Notes under the pieces: model-generated
Databases searched by the model: none
What the model was told of the DNA's origin: nothing
The model's input: the letters and a program-made list of their open reading frames with translations, nothing else
Program-made: the position numbers and the translations under genes
In this document: positions 24,443 through 34,995 of the stretch, one piece after another
Position numbering within the stretch: the first letter of the stretch is position 1
Layout of the letters: every line of letters begins with the position of its first letter
Origin: a virus
DNA: 64,000 nucleotides
Direction: 5' to 3' (one strand)
Virus record (IMG/VR): IMGVR_UViG_3300028392_000050
Span: 23,294-87,293 of that record

Positions 24443-24744
24443 TGAGACCTAAGAAAACGCAATTGAAAAAAAGCGGTGCTGATACCTCACGCAACGCAGC
24501 CGGTAAGAACACCTACAGTTTTGGAAATGGTGTAACAGCTCACCTAAGTGATTCTGACCTAAAGCACATGGCCCGTACCGATATGCCGGGCCATGAGTGG
24601 CATCCAGCTGACCCTAACGCGGCTAGGGACTGGGATAAGAGTAACCCTCACCACACTTACCTGGATTATGTAAATGGCTGTAAGAAGTGTGAAGACCTGG
24701 AAAGCAAGCGGATGCACCCTAACGGCTCTAAGCCTTGGGAGTAA
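24442..24744 (+). CDS. hypothetical protein
   Basis: TAATG overlap. Confidence 0.7.
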   Translation: MRPKKTQLKKSGADTSRNAAGKNTYSFGNGVTAHLSDSDLKHMARTDMPGHEWHPADPNAARDWDKSNPHHTYLDYVNGCKKCEDLESKRMHPNGSKPWE

Positions 24745-24746
24745 AG

Positions 24747-24973
24747 TGAAACCACGCGGGCTATACGAGGAGTTTGCACACGGCCGTGCGCCCGAACTGC
24801 ATCAAGTGCTAGGTGTATTCACCCAAAATAATGCCGTTTTAGGACTAAATGTCATGGATGCACGTAGAATTAATGATGGTATCTTTACTGGTCCAAAAGG
24901 TGCCTACCAACGCTATAATGTTTCTGGACAAGCAACAAACGTTGCACAAATACCTTACGGGAGCTCACAATGA
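24747..24973 (+). CDS. hypothetical protein (GTG start assumed)
   Basis: GGGAG upstream of GTG; 3' part of the 24674-24973 ORF. Confidence 0.6.
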
Positions 24974-25272
24974 AACCAACTGATGGTCAATTTGATAAAG
25001 TACATAGTGAAACTATGGGACACCTTAGTAACGCCATTAAATTAACTAGGGGCCTTGCCGATATCTACAGCAACCCTAATATGTCTTCTTCTCAGAAAGA
25101 AGCCGCTGTAAACGCTCTAAACTCCTCTATGAGAAGCCCTGAGCAGCCTACAAGCACAGAACATGAATATAATGACGCAATGGCTAATGACCCTCGCTAC
25201 GAGACTCCTGAAGCCTCTGAGGAAAAGGGAAATGCGATGTTCAAAGCAGAACAGGAAAAGAACAATGGCTGA
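24970..25272 (+). CDS. hypothetical protein
   Basis: ATGA overlap; GGAG RBS. Confidence 0.7.
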   Translation: MKPTDGQFDKVHSETMGHLSNAIKLTRGLADIYSNPNMSSSQKEAAVNALNSSMRSPEQPTSTEHEYNDAMANDPRYETPEASEEKGNAMFKAEQEKNNG

Positions 25273-25603
25273 AAAGAAAAAGGCAACTGGTAAGAAGACC
25301 AAGACCCTGGCTGGTAAAACAGCTGACGGTAAAAAGGTTTATGGCCCATTTAAGGGTTCAAAGTCTAATGGCGGACGCCCTATGATGTCTGTTGTGAATA
25401 AGGATGGCTCACGCACATCTATTTCGGCCGCTAAATATAAATATGAAAAAACACACGGCAAGTTGCCTAAAGGCGTGGATGTTGACCACAAGGACAACAA
25501 TCACTCTAACGACAACTCTGGAAACCTACGCGCTCTAAAGCACGGTAAGAACACCGCTAAAGAAAACAAGCGTCGCGTTGGTAAGAAAGAAAACGACAAG
25601 TAA
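25265..25603 (+). CDS. HNH endonuclease-like protein
   Basis: VDVDHKDNNHSNDNSGNLRAL...N motif. Confidence 0.75.
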   Translation: MAEKKKATGKKTKTLAGKTADGKKVYGPFKGSKSNGGRPMMSVVNKDGSRTSISAAKYKYEKTHGKLPKGVDVDHKDNNHSNDNSGNLRALKHGKNTAKENKRRVGKKENDK

Positions 25604-25911
25604 TGCACCCAAAAGACGAGCAGATGCCCCGTAAATATAAAGGCCAAGGCGGAATGAGCCCTTATGATGCTTTTATTGATTACTACAATGAAGAAAACCA
25701 GCGTGAAGAAGACACCGCTAACGCTGTTAAATCAAAGCGTTCTATCAAAGATATTGATAAAGAATACAAAAAGACCGGCAAGACTCTAGAAGTAAGCGGT
25801 GATGCTATTAATAGGGCTAAACGTGGCAAGCCTTCTAAAAAAGGCTGGGATATTGCAAAAGATGTCTGGGACTCAATGTCTGAGGCAGAAGCAGCAAAGC
25901 ACAAAAAATAA
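25603..25911 (+). CDS. hypothetical protein
   Basis: TAATG overlap. Confidence 0.7.
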   Translation: MHPKDEQMPRKYKGQGGMSPYDAFIDYYNEENQREEDTANAVKSKRSIKDIDKEYKKTGKTLEVSGDAINRAKRGKPSKKGWDIAKDVWDSMSEAEAAKHKK

Positions 25912-26012
25912 TTCGGTTTAGATAAGAAATCCGAAACAACTCCCGCCATACTTAATAATATGGCGTTCCGATCAAACGTCTTTAAATCTATCTCTAGAGA
26001 AAGTACAAATTA

Positions 26013-28085
26013 ATGTCAAATAACCTAGGTGACGTGCAGGATAGCGGTACGCTATACCCTGTTACCACACAAAAAATCTCTGGTGCAGTAACTAACAGCA
26101 CTAGCGTAACTCTTTCAGCGTCTAACTCAGCTATCGTAGTTGGTCAGGTAGTTACTGGTCCTGGTGTACCAAACGCTAACGGTATCACTGCTGCTACTAC
26201 TGTAACTGCAATTAACAGCACTTCATTGACCCTAAGCAACCCTGCTACTCTTGTAGATGGTGTTGTTCTAAACTTTGCTGCTGCGTCTAACTTAAACATC
26301 CAGACTGACTTCGTATGGAAGAACATCGCTATTCAGTCAAACGACGACCGCGCAACTACTGCTGCAAACGCTATTGGTGGTGCAGGTGTTCAGTCTGTAA
26401 CTATCTCAGGTGCAAGCAGCGATGGTAAGGTTACTACCTTCACAACTTCAGCCGCTCACGGTCTAACCGTAGGTGCAACAGTAAACACTGGTATTTATGC
26501 TATCGGTGGAACTGTAGCTGCTCCAACAGCTGGTACTACCGTTCTAGCGACCACAGGTTCATCTTCATCAGTAACTCTTGCTGCAACTACCGTTACAGCT
26601 GACACTACTCAGAAGACTGTTACCCTAACCACTTCTGCTGCTCACAACATCAGCGTTGGTGAAACCGTTATCATTTCTGGTGGTCTAACCACTGCTGCTG
26701 TTTACAACGGTACTTTCACAGCTTTGGCTGGTACAACTGGAAGCACACTAGTAGTTGCTAACGCTGCTGCTGCTGTAGCATCTCCTGCTAACACAACCAC
26801 TGCTTGTACTATCGCTGTTTACCACTTCGATGTTAACCAGGCTGTAATCCTATCAGTACCTTCAACAACTACCTTCACTATTGCTCAGGCCCTTTCAAAC
26901 ATTAACTCAGTTGCCGCTTCTAATAAGACTGCATCACTAGAGGTTGTAGGAGACTCTTCATGGGGTTACACCACTCCAGTACAGAGCGCTCGTCTAGCAG
27001 TTGATTCAATCACTAAGACCATCAACGGAAACTCATACGCAACTCCTGTATATGACGGAAACCTAGTTGATTCAGCGTACTACGGCTTCCCAGCATACAA
27101 TACTGGTAAGTACAAGGCAACAGCTGCTGCTGTTGGTTCAAAGTCTGGTTCTGCTTACATTTATGTAACTGCTCCAAACAACTTGTCTGACTTTGTAACT
27201 CTAGGAACAACTACAGTAAGCATCACTGGTTTCACTGTTGCTGGCCTAAACGTAACTGGCGCTACTGTTGTTGCCGCTAACCTAGATGGTTTTGTGGTTG
27301 CTGGTACTAACGCACTTCTAGGAACTTCTGTTACTGGTCAGAACGCACTTGTACAGGTTGTCGGTTGGGGCGTTGCTAACTACAACGTTACTGCCGCTGC
27401 TGTTGACGCTACTACAAACACCAAGTACATCTACACCGCACAGAACAACCTACAGGTCGGTGACGTCGTAACCGTTACAGGTCTAACTAACAGCGTATTC
27501 AACGTTGCTTCTCAGACCGTAGCTGCTGCAACTGCAACTAGCTTCACTCTAACCAGCCAGACTGCATCAACTGCAGGTCTAACCATCACTGGTCAGGTCG
27601 GTAAGGTTGAGTACTCAGCTGCTATTACTAACGTAGATGGCGGTTACTCAAGCGGTACTTTCGGTTACCTAGTTCCTAACGTAATTGGTAAGACTGCTAC
27701 TTCTGCTGTAGATGCATTTGCTGACCGTGGTATTACCCTTACCGCAGGAAGCACTACTTCAAAGGCTAGCAAGACCGCTGATGGTGTATGGAGAACTGCT
27801 GGAAGCGCTTTGACTCAAATTGCTACTAGCGCTACTCACGGCCTTGTTGCAGGTGACACCTTCACCGCTGCTAGCATCACTGGCGTGACTGACGGTGATT
27901 ACACTGTGCTATATGTGATTGACACATCAAACTTTGTGTTTGTGTCAGGTTCAACCGCAGTTCAGACAACCGCTTCTGGTGGAACTGGAACTGTTATTGG
28001 TAAGGTAGGAACTGTACACTCTACCACCCCTGCAGGTAACGCCCGCACTACAACTGCTACTGCTACTTACAGCCTCTGGGCTTAA
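26013..28085 (+). CDS. Thr/Ala-rich virion surface protein with repeated beta modules and split C-terminal PASTA-like domain
   Basis: repeated H(G/N)LxVGxxV modules; VPNVIGKT..A...GTVHSTTPAG; own terminator. Confidence 0.75.
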   Translation: MSNNLGDVQDSGTLYPVTTQKISGAVTNSTSVTLSASNSAIVVGQVVTGPGVPNANGITAATTVTAINSTSLTLSNPATLVDGVVLNFAAASNLNIQTDFVWKNIAIQSNDDRATTAANAIGGAGVQSVTISGASSDGKVTTFTTSAAHGLTVGATVNTGIYAIGGTVAAPTAGTTVLATTGSSSSVTLAATTVTADTTQKTVTLTTSAAHNISVGETVIISGGLTTAAVYNGTFTALAGTTGSTLVVANAAAAVASPANTTTACTIAVYHFDVNQAVILSVPSTTTFTIAQALSNINSVAASNKTASLEVVGDSSWGYTTPVQSARLAVDSITKTINGNSYATPVYDGNLVDSAYYGFPAYNTGKYKATAAAVGSKSGSAYIYVTAPNNLSDFVTLGTTTVSITGFTVAGLNVTGATVVAANLDGFVVAGTNALLGTSVTGQNALVQVVGWGVANYNVTAAAVDATTNTKYIYTAQNNLQVGDVVTVTGLTNSVFNVASQTVAAATATSFTLTSQTASTAGLTITGQVGKVEYSAAITNVDGGYSSGTFGYLVPNVIGKTATSAVDAFADRGITLTAGSTTSKASKTADGVWRTAGSALTQIATSATHGLVAGDTFTAASITGVTDGDYTVLYVIDTSNFVFVSGSTAVQTTASGGTGTVIGKVGTVHSTTPAGNARTTTATATYSLWA

Positions 28086-28090
28086 TCACT

Positions 28091-28132
28091 AAATAATAAA
28101 ACCCCGGTCGTTTGGCCGGGGTTTTATTATTT
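28091..28132. terminator. intrinsic terminator (extended palindrome)
   Basis: AAATAATAAAACCCCGG...CCGGGGTTTTATTATTT. Confidence 0.85.
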
Positions 28133-28168
28133 AAACTGCTAAAATTACTAAAAAGATAGGATTTAATA

Positions 28169-28822
28169 ATGGCTGATAATATTGAAAAATCTGCTGCTGA
28201 TAGCATGGCAAGTTCCGAAAAATACGGCGGCTTTGCAAAAATGAGGAACCTTACAAACATTCTCATGGGAAGAACTAGATCAACTACTGATTCAGATGGC
28301 GGTAGCTCAACTGGAGGTAGCTCAACTGGCGGCGGAGGAAGAACCGGTAACGGCTGGACTGCAGAAGATTACAAGAACTACGGTGATTGGCAAGAGCGCC
28401 ACTATGGTCTTCACAATGACGCAGAAGATAAAAAAGTTTACCGTGAGGCTAAGGGACTTGAAGCTAGAAATGATATAGAAGATATTGCTAAAAATAGAGA
28501 CCTTGGCAGAGAGATACAAAGAAGACGACTTGATTCAGTGGGTTATGGCCCTGGTTTTCAAGGTACAAGCCAGCAACAGGCTAAACCGGGCGGTAGAAGG
28601 TCTACAACAACCGCTGCACCTGGAACAACTGCAGTAAAAACCACAACCACTCCTGTTAAAAAAACACGTGGCAAAGCTGTTGCACAAGTGGACTATAGGT
28701 CTAATCCTACATTAGATGCAAAAAACAGAGAACCAAACTTTGGTAAAGTTACCCCTAAAGATTTAACTACAACCACTGTTAAACCGGCAACTACTCGTAA
28801 AACACGTGGAAAACGAGCTTAA
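28169..28822 (+). CDS. low-complexity hypothetical protein
   Basis: AGGA RBS; G/S/T/K-rich. Confidence 0.7.
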   Translation: MADNIEKSAADSMASSEKYGGFAKMRNLTNILMGRTRSTTDSDGGSSTGGSSTGGGGRTGNGWTAEDYKNYGDWQERHYGLHNDAEDKKVYREAKGLEARNDIEDIAKNRDLGREIQRRRLDSVGYGPGFQGTSQQQAKPGGRRSTTTAAPGTTAVKTTTTPVKKTRGKAVAQVDYRSNPTLDAKNREPNFGKVTPKDLTTTTVKPATTRKTRGKRA

Positions 28823-29012
28823 AGTAGATATACGCCGTAAAGGGCCTCTAGCGGCCCGTACAGGCGCTATTACATCTACTGATGTATATGAACGCTTAGA
28901 GAGGCCTGTAGGCCGCTCTAAAGAGTTTTTTGATGCCCTTATGCGAGTGTATGCCCCTGTAGTTTCCGGAATACCTACTCATATGAAAGAGCAAGGTCGA
29001 TGGGACAGCTAA
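28806..29012 (+). CDS. hypothetical protein
   Basis: packing. Confidence 0.55.
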   Translation: MENELKVDIRRKGPLAARTGAITSTDVYERLERPVGRSKEFFDALMRVYAPVVSGIPTHMKEQGRWDS

Positions 29013-29176
29013 AAAAACACAAAGTTAAAAAAGAGTTTCAAAAAGAAGCTCTATTTAAACCTGCACAAGTAAAAGATACGCGATTCGGTATTCGTAGAAT
29101 ATATTTGGGACAAACGGAAAAGCCAACCACTTTTTCATACATGGACCCTAACACCAACTGGTGGGGCACTAGATAA
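29000..29176 (+). CDS. 58-aa hypothetical protein (not in ORF track)
   Basis: MGQLKKHKVKKE...WWGTR fills the gap. Confidence 0.55.
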   Translation: MGQLKKHKVKKEFQKEALFKPAQVKDTRFGIRRIYLGQTEKPTTFSYMDPNTNWWGTR

Positions 29177-29185
29177 TAGGATTTT

Positions 29186-29455
29186 ATGGATACCAGTCAA
29201 ATTATTGCGTCAATCTCTGGCCTCTGTGCGGCTCTTAGCCTAATTGGCTTTATAGTTGCCCGATTAATTAAAGGCCACACTAGCGAAATAGTAAATACTC
29301 TTGTAAGAGACTATTTGTCAGAACTTAAGCCAAATCACGGCTCATCTCTTAAAGATGACGTTTTATCTATTAAAAAAGACATCACAGACCTTAAAGTAGA
29401 CATTGCTACTCTAGAAGGAAAGTTTGACCAGCATATCACGGAGAACTTTAACTAA
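29186..29455 (+). CDS. membrane-anchored coiled-coil protein
   Basis: N-terminal TM; LKPNHGSSLKD motif; coiled coil. Confidence 0.75.
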   Translation: MDTSQIIASISGLCAALSLIGFIVARLIKGHTSEIVNTLVRDYLSELKPNHGSSLKDDVLSIKKDITDLKVDIATLEGKFDQHITENFN

Positions 29456-29505
29456 ATCTGTTATTATTAATTAATACACTATAAGAAGAAACTTATTACG
29501 GTCAA

Positions 29506-29721
29506 ATGAAGATAATTAAAACACAGGCTTATCAAGCCCACCCAGTACCTAGTCATGTGTACTATCCTCCGGAAGACCCACTAGAGCCAGACATTACAGC
29601 TCAACCTGAACAGGCGATGGATGATGAAGAGCCGGACTATGAAGAGCGCATATTTAGATGCAAGCATTGCCTTGACCTTGTTCTTGAATTTGATATAGAA
29701 GACCACGAGTGTGATAACTAA
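29506..29721 (+). CDS. small acidic Cys/His protein
   Basis: CKHC...HEC. Confidence 0.65.
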   Translation: MKIIKTQAYQAHPVPSHVYYPPEDPLEPDITAQPEQAMDDEEPDYEERIFRCKHCLDLVLEFDIEDHECDN

Positions 29722-30143
29722 TGGGTGACCGCGAAAATACTAGCTATTGGTTAGACGTTTTACTGCAAGGCTCTCAAGACGGGGCGTCTGCTCCAGAAGA
29801 TGAAAACTTTGAAATCGATGAGCCTGCGGCATCCATGCCCAATATGCTTCCTACTATTTCCACAAATCCTAAAAGACCCAGAACAGTAAAAGCTGGTTTT
29901 GACTACACTACATTTAAAATGATAGTAGTATTTAGAGACGGAACTTGGTGGCAATATAATGGAGTTCCAGTTCAGATTTGGGAAGGTTTTAAAGCAGCAG
30001 CGTCTAAGGGAAAGTACTTGACTTCTTCTGGCCTAGACTCTTGGCCAGACATGGGTCCCGCTGACATGGCTGCATTATCCAAGGCCCAAAGAACACAGAT
30101 AAACGATATGAAGGGTTATTTAGATAACATCTATAAAGGATAA
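29721..30143 (+). CDS. KTSC-domain protein
   Basis: GFD...VVFRDG..WQYNGVP..WEGFKAAASKGKY. Confidence 0.8.
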   Translation: MGDRENTSYWLDVLLQGSQDGASAPEDENFEIDEPAASMPNMLPTISTNPKRPRTVKAGFDYTTFKMIVVFRDGTWWQYNGVPVQIWEGFKAAASKGKYLTSSGLDSWPDMGPADMAALSKAQRTQINDMKGYLDNIYKG

Positions 30144-30148
30144 ATAAT

Positions 30149-30403
30149 ATGAAATCAGTTGGTCCACTATACATTGACACTATTAAACTAAAACACCCAG
30201 TATTCCCAATGTTTGAATGGGGCTGGAGCCAGGAAACTGAACACCCATTTAGAGCTAGCAAGGTTTGCCTAGTATTCTGGGTTCCTTTTGCCCCTAGGGG
30301 ATATGCCATCGGCCTTTGGGGTAACCCAATCGATGAAGACGAAGCCCTTAATAAAGTCTTTAAAGTTAGGAAAACCGAAGCTAAGGAGATTAGAGAATGG
30401 TAA
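30149..30403 (+). CDS. hypothetical protein
   Basis: AAGGA RBS; packing. Confidence 0.7.
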   Translation: MKSVGPLYIDTIKLKHPVFPMFEWGWSQETEHPFRASKVCLVFWVPFAPRGYAIGLWGNPIDEDEALNKVFKVRKTEAKEIREW

Positions 30404-30642
30404 AGCTTTTTAAAAAGAAGCGTTGGGACAAGCCTTTTTCTGAAAAGATATCCCGCAGAGTTAAGCGCATATCTACCCCTGACCTGAGTGTGTGGGCAGA
30501 CCAATCTATTTATGAATTAGGTAGGTTGCTTAACATTTACCAGCGCATTCGTACTCCAGAGGCGCTTAGAGAAGTGCTTTTAGGTGCTGAGGCACTTCAT
30601 GCTGTAATTGATGAATTAGATAAAAGAACAAACGAAAACTAA
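30397..30642 (+). CDS. hypothetical protein
   Basis: AAGGAG RBS. Confidence 0.7.
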   Translation: MVKLFKKKRWDKPFSEKISRRVKRISTPDLSVWADQSIYELGRLLNIYQRIRTPEALREVLLGAEALHAVIDELDKRTNEN

Positions 30643-30759
30643 CCTAGTTAATTATTTTTTTATGTTATCATTAATAAGCCAACCTTCCTTCTCTCCCGTG
30701 TGGCACTTAGTAACCCTGAGTCTTATCGGCTCAGGGTTACTTTACTATTAAGGCATAAT

Positions 30760-32337
30760 ATGAGTGAATATGACGATTTTGAAGAAGTAGATGAAGAACT
30801 CGAAGAACAACTAGAGGTCTACGAAGAGCTGTATGATGACGGCCTGGATGAACTGTCGCGTGAGTTTGTTGACCAACTAATTGATAAGATTATGATATTT
30901 ATGACTGCCTTAGTCGGTCACCCACTACGCGTTTATCAAGAGCCTTTAGCCAGACGTATTATCGAGTCTGTTGTAATTAACGAAGGTGAAGAAATTACCG
31001 CTCTGGCTTCTCGTCAGTCAGGTAAGTCTGAGACCGTGGCGGATACCGTAGCGGCGTTGATGGTTATCTTGCCACGACTTGCCAAGATGTACCCTGACCT
31101 ACTAGGTCGCTTTAAAGACGGCCTGTGGGTAGGTTTGTTTGCCCCTGTTGAAGGCCAGGCTGAAACCCTGTTCTCCCGTGTTATTTCACGACTTACCAGT
31201 GAGCACGCGTTGGCAGTCCTTGAAGACCCAGAGATTGATGATGAGGCTAAGAAAGTCGCTGGTGTGACTAAGCAAGTTAAACTTCTTAAGTCTAACTCCT
31301 CAGTTATGATGATGACAGCTAACCCTAGAGCAAAGATTGAGTCTAAGACCTTCCACCTTATCGTTATTGATGAGTGCCAAGAGGCAGATGACTTTATTGT
31401 GGCTAAGTCAATTGGTCCTATGCTAGCGTCTACTAACGGTACTATGGTAAAAACTGGTACCCCTACCACTCACAAAAACAATTTCTATCGCGCTATTCAA
31501 CTTAACAAACGCCGCGCTACTGGCCGTGGTGGTAAGCAAAATCACTTCCAATGGGACTGGCGTGACGTAGCCAGAGCTAGCGAGGACTATGGAAAGTTTG
31601 TCCGTAAAGAGATGCTTCGTATTGGCGAGGACTCTGATGAGTTCCAGATGGCTTACAACTGTAAGTGGCTTCTAGAACGCGGTATGTTCGTTACTTCAGG
31701 CGTTATGGATGAGCTTGGTGATACTTCTCAGAAGACCGTAGAAGCTTGGCACCGTACCCCTGTAGTTGTAGGTATTGACCCTGCCCGTAAAATGGACTCC
31801 ACAGTAGTCACCGTGGTTTGGGTAGACTGGGATAGACCTGATGAATTTGGGTATTTTGACCATCGCGTGCTTAACTGGCTAGAGATTCAGGGAGATGACT
31901 GGGAAGACCAGTATTTCCAAATCGTTAACTTCCTTGAGAATTACGACATTTTGTATGTAGGTGTAGACGCCAATGGTGTAGGAGATGCTGTAGCCCAGCG
32001 TCTTCGTCTTTTGCTTCCTAGAGCAGAAGTTATCTCTGTCGGAAGTAGCCAGCAAGAACAGTCTAAGCGTTGGAAGCACTTAAAGACATTGATTGAACGC
32101 CGTCTTATTGGTTGGCCAGCGCACGCTAAGACTCGCGGACTTCGTAGATGGAAGCGTTTTTACCAGCAAATGACTGACCTTGAGGTTAAGTTCCAAGGCC
32201 CTAACTTCCTTGCCCATGCCCCTGAAGAAGCCCATGCCCATGATGACTTTGCCGACAGTCTAGCCATTGCTTGTAGTTTAACTATGGATTTGACTATGCC
32301 GAACGTAGAAGTAAGTTCTTCGCCTTTTTACAGATAA
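30760..32337 (+). CDS. terL: terminase large subunit
   Basis: ASRQSGKS Walker A; IVIDE Walker B; GTP coupling motif; GIDPA nuclease; HDDFADS. Confidence 0.93.
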   Translation: MSEYDDFEEVDEELEEQLEVYEELYDDGLDELSREFVDQLIDKIMIFMTALVGHPLRVYQEPLARRIIESVVINEGEEITALASRQSGKSETVADTVAALMVILPRLAKMYPDLLGRFKDGLWVGLFAPVEGQAETLFSRVISRLTSEHALAVLEDPEIDDEAKKVAGVTKQVKLLKSNSSVMMMTANPRAKIESKTFHLIVIDECQEADDFIVAKSIGPMLASTNGTMVKTGTPTTHKNNFYRAIQLNKRRATGRGGKQNHFQWDWRDVARASEDYGKFVRKEMLRIGEDSDEFQMAYNCKWLLERGMFVTSGVMDELGDTSQKTVEAWHRTPVVVGIDPARKMDSTVVTVVWVDWDRPDEFGYFDHRVLNWLEIQGDDWEDQYFQIVNFLENYDILYVGVDANGVGDAVAQRLRLLLPRAEVISVGSSQQEQSKRWKHLKTLIERRLIGWPAHAKTRGLRRWKRFYQQMTDLEVKFQGPNFLAHAPEEAHAHDDFADSLAIACSLTMDLTMPNVEVSSSPFYR

Positions 32338-32415
32338 TTTGTGTTTATCCTGCAAAAATACTGTTTTAGTATAAAACTTGTATAGAGGCCTCAACCTTTT
32401 TATTAGGAGATATTA

Positions 32416-32814
32416 ATGTCACTTGCACCAGACCCACAGTTCCCAGAGCGTGCCCCACTAACTTACGACCGTAAGATGGCTGCAGCAGCTCCTGGCCAGC
32501 GCGGACCACTTCGTTTTGAAGAAGGTATCGCAACCGATACAGACGTTCCAGACCAGTTCATTCTTGGTGCACAGCAGGGTTACACCCCAGCTGCTGGTCG
32601 TCCAAACCGCAACGCCCCTGTCCACACCAAGACTGCTGAAGAAACCATGAGCGAACGCGCTCACGTTGGTTCAGCTGCATGGGTGGAGTCACAGGACTAC
32701 CTAAGCGAGTTCTCAGGCGCAGCCTTTGAGGACCACGGTTCAAACGTATACGAAGAGGTTATTCGTAACGGTTCACGCCAGCAGCACCCGAACCCAGCTC
32801 AGGTTCAGGACTAG
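32416..32814 (+). CDS. virion-associated hypothetical protein
   Basis: AGGAG RBS; GPLRFEEGIATDTDVP; lies between terL and portal. Confidence 0.8.
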   Translation: MSLAPDPQFPERAPLTYDRKMAAAAPGQRGPLRFEEGIATDTDVPDQFILGAQQGYTPAAGRPNRNAPVHTKTAEETMSERAHVGSAAWVESQDYLSEFSGAAFEDHGSNVYEEVIRNGSRQQHPNPAQVQD

Positions 32815-32824
32815 GTTCTAGCGT

Positions 32825-32860
32825 TTAACCCCGTCTGCCCTAATAGGTGGGCGGGGTTAA
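32825..32860 (+). terminator. terminator-like hairpin
   Basis: TTAACCCCGTCTGCC...GGTGGGCGGGGTTAA. Confidence 0.55.
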
Positions 32861-32882
32861 GCTTCTTATAAGGCGGTGAATT

Positions 32883-33200
32883 ATGGCTCTCGTTAAGGGT
32901 CAAGAAGTAAAAGAGACGCCCCAACAATACCCTGCAAACCCGCGTCTTTGGAACCTGATTACTACCCAGGCAAAAACTCGTTTTGCTAAATATCCTTCTC
33001 CAGCTGCTGCTCACTGGGTGCACACCAAGTACATACAACTTGGCGGACAATTTGTGGATACCCAAAAAGAAGTAGACCCACGTATGCGTGACCGCGCTCA
33101 AGAAGCTATGGATAAAAAAGAAGAGCAACAGAAAAACTCTATCCAAAAAGACGTAAATAAGAAAGTAACTAAAAAAGTTACTAAACCAATTGCTAAATAG
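32883..33200 (+). CDS. hypothetical protein
   Basis: KYPSPAA..W...Y..LGG motif. Confidence 0.75.
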   Translation: MALVKGQEVKETPQQYPANPRLWNLITTQAKTRFAKYPSPAAAHWVHTKYIQLGGQFVDTQKEVDPRMRDRAQEAMDKKEEQQKNSIQKDVNKKVTKKVTKPIAK

Positions 33201-33273
33201 TAAAGCCTAAAAAACACACGAACTTTGCGATACACTATAATTACTATTAAACTTACTGAAGGCGCTTTGTAGC

Positions 33274-34995
33274 ATGTCGATTGATTTTTCCCCACCGTCA
33301 TATAGAGCCGCATCGTCTGACCTTACCATCAGCATTTCCCCTCTGGGCCTTGTAGAACTTGCTGATGAAGAATTTGAGGTTCACGGTCCTCGCCTAAACC
33401 GTTACAGCCTTAACTGGGCTATGTACCTAGGTCACCACACATCTTTCCGCCGCCAAGCTGGTGAACCTTCTATTATCCTGAACTATTACCGCGCTTTTAC
33501 TGATTTTATTATTAACTTCACATTTAGCAAGGGTGTCCAGTTCCGTAGCGTTAAGGCCACAGAAGCTATCGTTCCTTCACTTCTAGAGCGTGTTTGGGAA
33601 GTAGACAATAATAAGGCTACTGTGCTTTGGGAAATTGGTCAGCAAGGCGGTGTATCTGGTGACTGCTTTATCAAGGTGGCTTATGAAGAAGCTTACACAG
33701 ATTCTGTAGGCGGTATCCACCCAGGCCGTGTTCGTATCCTACCTCTTAACTCTTCTTTTGCTTTCCCAGAGTTTCACCCTCACGACCGTGAGCGACTAGT
33801 CAGATTTAAGCTAAAGTACCGTTTCTGGGGAACATCTCTAGAAGGTACTCGTCAGGTATACACTTACACTGAGATTCTTACCGAAGACACTATTGAAGAG
33901 TACATCAACGATGAAATGATTGACTCTCGCCCAAACCCTCTAGGTATTATTCCAGTTATTCACATTGCTAACGTTCGCGTATCAGGTTCTCCTTGGGGTC
34001 TATCTGACTGTAATGAAATGATTAGCATTAACCGTGTCTATAACGAAACTGCTACAGACATTGCAGATATCATTAACTATCACGCTGCTCCTGTTACCGT
34101 AATTATTGGTGCTAAGGCTAGCCAGCTAGAAAAGGGTGCTAACAAGGTTTGGGGTGGTCTGCCAAAGGACGCTCGTGTTGAAAACCTTGAAGGTGGAGGC
34201 CAGGGTCTAAAGGGCGCTATGGACTTTATGGCACAGCTAAAGAAGTCAATGCACGAAATGACCGGTGTGCCTGAGTCTGCTCTAGGTCAGGCTATGCCTG
34301 TTTCTAACACTTCCGGTGTTGCACTTTCTATCATGTTCCAGCCTTTGATGAACCGCTACCACCAGAAGATTGTGCAGTACGCGCATGGTATTGAGCGTGT
34401 AAATGAACTAGTACTTCGCACCCTTGCACTAAAAGAACCAGAGACATTTACTCTTAACCTAGACGTAGACACCATGCCAAAGCCTGAGCAGTTGGTTCAA
34501 CTTGACCCTAACGACCCAGAGACTTACAGAACATACGCACACTTCCCTCCACCACTTCCTCTAGACAAGCTAATTATTTTGAACGAAGTTCAATCATTGC
34601 TATCACTTGGTCTACAGTCTAAAGCTGGTGCTTTGCGTGACCTTGGTGAAGAGTTCCCTGAGTCTAAGCTTCAGGAAATTCGTAAAGAACTTATTGACGA
34701 TGCAGTTGCTGATGGTGCCCTACGCCTTGTTCAAACTGAAGTTGACCAAGAAATCGCATCACTTACAGGCCAGATGGCTCCGGCTGACGGCACAACTGCT
34801 GGTGGCGGGGCTACTCCAGGTGCTGCTGCTCCTGGCCCTATGGCAGGTGGACCAGCGGCTGCTGGACCAGCCCTTGACCCAGAAACTCTTGATAATTTGA
34901 GCATGGGTGAGTCTGAACTTAGAACTCGCCTAGTGACAGAAGCTTATGGAAGTCGTCTTCCACAAAGACAAGTTCCACAAGATTATACAAAATAA
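33274..34995 (+). CDS. portal protein (SPP1 gp6-like)
   Basis: size; position after terL; IPVIH..N, G.SD and SGVAL motifs. Confidence 0.9.
   Translation: MSIDFSPPSYRAASSDLTISISPLGLVELADEEFEVHGPRLNRYSLNWAMYLGHHTSFRRQAGEPSIILNYYRAFTDFIINFTFSKGVQFRSVKATEAIVPSLLERVWEVDNNKATVLWEIGQQGGVSGDCFIKVAYEEAYTDSVGGIHPGRVRILPLNSSFAFPEFHPHDRERLVRFKLKYRFWGTSLEGTRQVYTYTEILTEDTIEEYINDEMIDSRPNPLGIIPVIHIANVRVSGSPWGLSDCNEMISINRVYNETATDIADIINYHAAPVTVIIGAKASQLEKGANKVWGGLPKDARVENLEGGGQGLKGAMDFMAQLKKSMHEMTGVPESALGQAMPVSNTSGVALSIMFQPLMNRYHQKIVQYAHGIERVNELVLRTLALKEPETFTLNLDVDTMPKPEQLVQLDPNDPETYRTYAHFPPPLPLDKLIILNEVQSLLSLGLQSKAGALRDLGEEFPESKLQEIRKELIDDAVADGALRLVQTEVDQEIASLTGQMAPADGTTAGGGATPGAAAPGPMAGGPAAAGPALDPETLDNLSMGESELRTRLVTEAYGSRLPQRQVPQDYTK

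Noticed and set aside
30700-30759. Upstream GTG start for the terminase
   Set aside because: It overlaps a hairpin (30709-30741); ATG 30760 is more plausible
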